From a bacterium (GTDB lineage Bacteria > Actinomycetota > Acidimicrobiia > Acidimicrobiales > Bin134), in contig JAPPAP010000032.1 of NCBI GenBank assembly GCA_026705465.1, positions 2,693 to 66,692 of the forward strand: 64,000 nt of DNA, given 5' to 3'. The notes under the pieces were generated by a model. The model saw only the letters and a list, made by a program, of their open reading frames with translations, was not told where the DNA came from and did not search any database. Below are positions 59,887 to 64,000 of the stretch, piece by piece. Both the position numbers and the translations under genes were made by a program. Each line of letters starts with the position of its first letter. Within the stretch, counting starts at the first letter, position 1.

Positions 59887-60795
59887 ATGCTTCTAGCTTT
59901 CGGCAACTTCACTGCTGATCCAAGCGTCAACTTGCAGTTGTTGATCGGCGGTTTGGCCCTCGGAGCCATCTACGCCGTGGTGGCTCTTGGCTTCGTGCTC
60001 GTCTACAAGAGCACCGATGTACTGAATCTGGCCCACGGTGAATTTCTGATGCTCGGGGCCTATTTCGCGCTGACCTTCCTGATATCCGAAAACCTCAACT
60101 TCTTCTTGGGCGTTTTTGTGTTGCTGCTGGTGATGCTGGTGTTCGGCCTCTTGGTCCACTACGGGATCATGCGACGAATGGTGGGCCAGGGCTTCTTTGC
60201 CATTGTGCTCATCACGCTGGGCATCGCCACCATCATCCGCGCCCTCTTGCTGATCTTTTACGGCCCCACCGAGCGAGGCCGCCTCGATTTGTTGCCCCAG
60301 GGCAGCTTCGAGATCGGCGGTGCCACGGTGAGGCATGTCGACATCATCATCTTTGCCGTGGTGGCGGGGTGCGTGCTGCTGTTCTTCCTATTCTTCAAGT
60401 ACACCCGGCTGGGACTGCACATGCGGGCAGTTGCCGACGACATCGAGGCCGCCGCGGCCATGGGCATCGACCCCGACAAGGTCTACGCCATGACCTGGGC
60501 CGCAGCAATGGTCATGGCCGGAATCGGGGGGTTGCTGTTCGGCCACGTCACCGGCGCCATCGACCGCAGCATCGAAGCCATCGGGTTGCGGGCCTTCCCG
60601 GCCGCGGTGGTCGGCGGGCTCACGTCGCTGGGCGGCTCCATTGTCGGCGGCCTGGTGGTGGGAGTGATCGAGCAGTTCGCCAACGGCCATCTGGGCACCA
60701 AATGGCGTGAGCCGGTGGCCTTCTCGGTGATGTTTGTGGTGCTGCTGGTGCGACCGACTGGTCTCTGGGGCCGGAAGGACCTGGAGCGGGTATGA
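59887..60795 (+). CDS. livH: Branched-chain amino acid ABC transporter permease (LivH-like)
   Basis: 302-aa polytopic ORF. YALVALGFVLVYKSTDVLNLAHGE is a LivH signature. Confidence 0.85.
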   Translation: MLLAFGNFTADPSVNLQLLIGGLALGAIYAVVALGFVLVYKSTDVLNLAHGEFLMLGAYFALTFLISENLNFFLGVFVLLLVMLVFGLLVHYGIMRRMVGQGFFAIVLITLGIATIIRALLLIFYGPTERGRLDLLPQGSFEIGGATVRHVDIIIFAVVAGCVLLFFLFFKYTRLGLHMRAVADDIEAAAAMGIDPDKVYAMTWAAAMVMAGIGGLLFGHVTGAIDRSIEAIGLRAFPAAVVGGLTSLGGSIVGGLVVGVIEQFANGHLGTKWREPVAFSVMFVVLLVRPTGLWGRKDLERV

Positions 60796-60832
60796 GCTGG
60801 GAACTAGAAGGCTCATTATTGCGGGGCGACCT

Positions 60833-62173
60833 ATGACGGCCACGGAAAACCCCCCGACCCAGCAGACAGCCCAGACCTACCGCCCGTCGACACTCCAGCG
60901 GTTCCTCCCATTCGCTATCGCCGCGGTGGTCCCGTTCATCCTGGGATCGACCACCGGCGATGTGAACTTCTGGTGGAAGGCGCTGATCACGGTGGTGGTC
61001 TTGGCTGTCGTCGCCCGCCTGGCCTGGAAATGGACGCCCAGGGGCGAACTCACCCACCGCGAGGACATGCGCTTGTGGCGAACCCCCAGCGACCGGTCGT
61101 GGGCTGCACTGACCACCTTCGGGCTGCTGGTACTGCCCTTCATCTTGGCCTCCGACTTCACGCCGCCCATGGGCTTCCCGTGGGCCACCTGGTTCGCGGT
61201 GGTCAACCTGGTGCTCATCTTCGCCATGGGCGCCGCGGCCTTCAACCTGCTGGTGGGCTACTCGGGGCAGATCAGCCTGGCCCATGTGGCGTTTCTGGCC
61301 TTGGGTAGCATCGTCGGCGGCATCGTCGGGGTGCAGTGGAGCGGCGGAAACATGTGGCTGGCCCTGCCAGCTGCGGCGGTGGCCGGGGCCGTAGTGGGCG
61401 CTATCTCCGGTCTGCCCGCCCTACGGCTCAAGCACCTCTACCTGCTGCTGGCCACTTTCGGCTTCCACTTCGTGATGATGCTGGTGTGGCGGGAGTACCT
61501 CCAGGAGTACTTCGGCTTCGTCGGCATCCGCTTCAAGGGCGAGAACTCCCCGCGGATCGCCTCCTGGCTGCACTGGCTGCCCGGCATCGACCCCGACCAA
61601 AACGGCGAGTTCGTGATCACCGGCCAGTTCCGCTGGTACTGGGTGCTCATGCCCATCACGGTGCTTTCGATTCTGTTCATGGTGAACGTGGTTCGCACTC
61701 GCGAGGGGCGGGCCTTCGCCGCGGTGCGCGACCGGGACGTCTCCGCTTCGCTGCTGGGCATCAACGTGGCCCGGTCCAAGCTCTTTGCCTTCGCTTTGTC
61801 TTCTGCGATTGTGTCCATGTCGGGAGTGCTGGCCTCGTTCTACATAGGCTCTCGGGGCGAAGACAGCTTCAACGTTCAAACGGTGTTGAACTACGCCATC
61901 ATCATCGTGGTCGGCGGCTTCTCCAGCATCCAGGGGGCCATCTTCGGCTCGGCGTTCTTCTGGTTCCTGCCCGAGTGGTTCAAGTGGGCCCGGGAGGAAC
62001 TCTGGTTCGTGAGGGACATCGACTTCCTCAGCGACTATCCCAGCGAGATCGACTTGGCCATCAAGGGGTTCTTGGTGGTGATCATCTTGATGTTCAAGCC
62101 TGATGGCTTGGCCGGGATGTGGCGGGACTTCAAGAACTGGCTGGGCCGCACACTGGCCAGGAGCAATCCATGA
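60833..62173 (+). CDS. livM: Branched-chain amino acid ABC transporter permease (LivM-like) with an N-terminal extension
   Basis: I chose the ATG at 60833. NLLVGYSGQISLAHVAF is a LivM signature. About 130 residues with extra hydrophobic segments precede it. Confidence 0.8.
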   Translation: MTATENPPTQQTAQTYRPSTLQRFLPFAIAAVVPFILGSTTGDVNFWWKALITVVVLAVVARLAWKWTPRGELTHREDMRLWRTPSDRSWAALTTFGLLVLPFILASDFTPPMGFPWATWFAVVNLVLIFAMGAAAFNLLVGYSGQISLAHVAFLALGSIVGGIVGVQWSGGNMWLALPAAAVAGAVVGAISGLPALRLKHLYLLLATFGFHFVMMLVWREYLQEYFGFVGIRFKGENSPRIASWLHWLPGIDPDQNGEFVITGQFRWYWVLMPITVLSILFMVNVVRTREGRAFAAVRDRDVSASLLGINVARSKLFAFALSSAIVSMSGVLASFYIGSRGEDSFNVQTVLNYAIIIVVGGFSSIQGAIFGSAFFWFLPEWFKWAREELWFVRDIDFLSDYPSEIDLAIKGFLVVIILMFKPDGLAGMWRDFKNWLGRTLARSNP

Positions 62174-62997
62174 ACGCCAGCGGACTCGACCTGACGATTG
62201 AGGGCCTTACGGTGGTCTACGGAGGCGTCACCGCCTTGGATGACGTCAAGATCAATGTGCCCTCCGGCGGCTTCGTCACGGTTTTGGGGGCGAACGGAGC
62301 GGGAAAGACCACCCTGGTCCGGTCGATCACCGGACTGCTCTACCTCCACAAGGGTCGGGTGCGCCGGGGCAGCATCGAGTTGGGCGGCGAGTCGATCCTG
62401 GGCAAGAAGAGCCCCGATATCGTTTCCGCCGGCGTAGCCCAGGTGCCCGAGGGCCGCAAGCTGTTCCCCAACCTGACGGTGAAGGAGAACCTGCTGTGCG
62501 GGGCAGCCAGTCGCAGCGACATCTCCGGCATCGACGATTCGCTGGAACAGAACCTGGATCTGTTCCCCCAACTGCGTCCGCTGCTCAGCCAGACCGCGGG
62601 ACTGCTATCGGGAGGCGAGCAGCAGATGGTGGCGGTGGGGCGGGCCCTCATGTCGCAGCCATCCCTGCTGATCTGTGATGAGCTGTCGTTGGGGCTGGCC
62701 CCCAAAATCGTCCACCGTCTGTTCGAGCTGCTCACCGAGATCAACGAAACTCGAGGCACATCGATCCTGGTCATCGAGCAGAACGCCAGTCTGGCACTCC
62801 AGCACGCGGCCGACGCCTACGTGCTGGAGTTGGGCCGGGTGCTCATGGAGGGCAGCGCGGCCGAACTCCGCGGTAATCCTATGGTCCAAGAGCTCTATCT
62901 GGGCGGCGGCGGTGAGGCCCACACCTCCTACGCCGCCATCGAACGCCCCAGCGGTGGGAAGCGCTGGGGGCGCAAGAGGACAGGGGGCGATTCGTGA
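62170..62997 (+). CDS. livF: ABC transporter ATP-binding protein (LivF-like)
   Basis: Shows Walker A GANGAGKTT, the signature LSGGEQQM and Walker B LLICDE. The start overlaps the livM-like stop. Confidence 0.85.
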   Translation: MNASGLDLTIEGLTVVYGGVTALDDVKINVPSGGFVTVLGANGAGKTTLVRSITGLLYLHKGRVRRGSIELGGESILGKKSPDIVSAGVAQVPEGRKLFPNLTVKENLLCGAASRSDISGIDDSLEQNLDLFPQLRPLLSQTAGLLSGGEQQMVAVGRALMSQPSLLICDELSLGLAPKIVHRLFELLTEINETRGTSILVIEQNASLALQHAADAYVLELGRVLMEGSAAELRGNPMVQELYLGGGGEAHTSYAAIERPSGGKRWGRKRTGGDS

Positions 62998-63791
62998 GCG
63001 ACGCCATCTTGAGCTTCGACGACGTGACCGTGCAGTTCGGCGGGGTGCGGGCCTGCGACTCGATCAGCGGTCGGGTGGAGCGGGGGTCGCTGTTCGCCCT
63101 CATCGGGCCTAATGGCGCAGGCAAGACAACGCTGGTCAACGCCATATCCGGGGTGTACAAGCCGCTGCCCGGCGCAAAGGTGCAATTCCACCCCGCAGGC
63201 GAGCCCGCCGAGGATCTCTTGGCCTACCGACCCTTCCAGATCGCCCGGCTGGGTGTAGCTCGAACCTTCCAGAACCTGGGATTGTTCATGGGCGAGAACG
63301 TGCTCACCAACCTGTTGCTGGGGCGCTATATCCACGAGCACACCCGGCTCATGCAGGGCGGGCTGTTTACCCGAGGGGCAGTCAAACGGGAGTTGGCCGC
63401 CCGACAAGCCATTGAGCGAGTGGTCGACCTGTTGGATTTGGGCGCGTTTCGTCGCGACTCAGTAGGCGACTTGCCCTACGGAGTACAAAAGCGCATCGAA
63501 TTCGGCCGGGTGTTGGCTATGGAGCCCGAGCTGTTGATGCTCGATGAGCCCATGGCCGGCATGAGTGTGGACGAAAAGCAAGACATGATCCGCTACATCT
63601 ACGCCGCCCAAGACGAGCTCAATATGACGGTGTTCCTCATCGAACACGACATGAGCGTGGTCATGTCGATCGCCGACCATGTGATGGTGCTCGACTTCGG
63701 CCAGAAGATCGCGGAGGGAACACCGGCCGAGATGCAACAAGACGAACGTGTGATCGCCGCATACCTCGGTACCGAGATGGCCGAGAACTGA
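62994..63791 (+). CDS. livG: ABC transporter ATP-binding protein (LivG-like)
   Basis: Shows Walker A GPNGAGKTT, LPYGVQKRIE and LLMLDEP. The GTG start overlaps the upstream stop. Confidence 0.85.
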   Translation: MSDAILSFDDVTVQFGGVRACDSISGRVERGSLFALIGPNGAGKTTLVNAISGVYKPLPGAKVQFHPAGEPAEDLLAYRPFQIARLGVARTFQNLGLFMGENVLTNLLLGRYIHEHTRLMQGGLFTRGAVKRELAARQAIERVVDLLDLGAFRRDSVGDLPYGVQKRIEFGRVLAMEPELLMLDEPMAGMSVDEKQDMIRYIYAAQDELNMTVFLIEHDMSVVMSIADHVMVLDFGQKIAEGTPAEMQQDERVIAAYLGTEMAEN

Positions 63792-63813
63792 GATCGTCCC
63801 AGATTTAGTGCCT

Positions 63814-63838
63814 GTCACCCGATTTGAATTAGGGTGAC
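63814..63838 (+). other. Intercistronic hairpin (7-bp stem, 11-nt loop) in a lower-GC spacer
   Basis: gtcaccc-gatttgaatta-gggtgac lies between livG-like and the lipoprotein gene. No U-tract follows it. Confidence 0.25.
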
Positions 63839-63930
63839 CCGTTGTAATGCCTATTGTTGGACGTTCAAATATTGGACTGCCAAGTAGGGCCACCCAAGCG
63901 GTGGAAACAGAAACAAGAGGGGAAATACCT

Positions 63931-64000
63931 ATGACTCGACGCTGGCTGAAGCTTGTTGCAGCCTTGTTCGCGTTCGCACTGATCGCGGCGGCCTGCGGCA
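63931..64000 (+). CDS. Lipoprotein, probably the ABC substrate-binding protein; only the first 23 codons are in the window
   Basis: RBS AAGAGGGG lies before the ATG at 63931. MTRRWLKLVAALFAFALIAAACG is a signal peptide with a lipobox-like AAAC. Confidence 0.5.
   Translation, partial: MTRRWLKLVAALFAFALIAAACG

Overview
This is a high-GC, very gene-dense chromosomal segment. I call about 57 protein-coding genes, many joined by ATGA/GTGA start-stop overlaps. The composition looks actinobacterial, possibly a streamlined marine Acidimicrobiia-like lineage, but that is inference from composition and gene content only. I found no rRNA, tRNA, CRISPR array, transposase or integrase.

Gene content is dominated by catabolic and redox enzymes present as paralogues:
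- two tandem dimethylglycine/sarcosine-dehydrogenase-family genes
- two P450s
- four luciferase-like (LLM) oxidoreductases
- seven SDRs
- three amidohydrolase_2 proteins
- two crotonases
- two solitary CoxL-like molybdoenzyme large subunits and one solitary CoxS
- a 5-oxoprolinase
- a Liv-type ABC importer

Most long ORFs in the track that lie opposite these genes are GC-driven antisense shadows.

The most interesting signal is at 56764..58372 on the minus strand. Two 'small ORFs' are one reading frame interrupted by a single in-frame TGA. That TGA sits in a U-G-A-C context and is followed immediately by a hairpin whose loop G-U is at the fdhF-SECIS distance. This makes it a UGSC-type selenoprotein candidate. 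It is co-transcribed with an uncharacterised 353-aa protein.

Secondary observations:
- a single-chain double family-III CoA-transferase
- an alpha/beta hydrolase whose nucleophile Ser is replaced by Gly
- a secreted serine protease with a twin Cys-pair repeat and a low-GC 3' half
- an AT-rich island with a small repeat-containing membrane protein
- a serA-like/DUF1015 coupled pair
- a flavodoxin/amidohydrolase coupled pair
- several short in-frame tandem duplications
- pervasive overlapping convergent stop codons

All family assignments come from motif recognition by eye, not from database searches.
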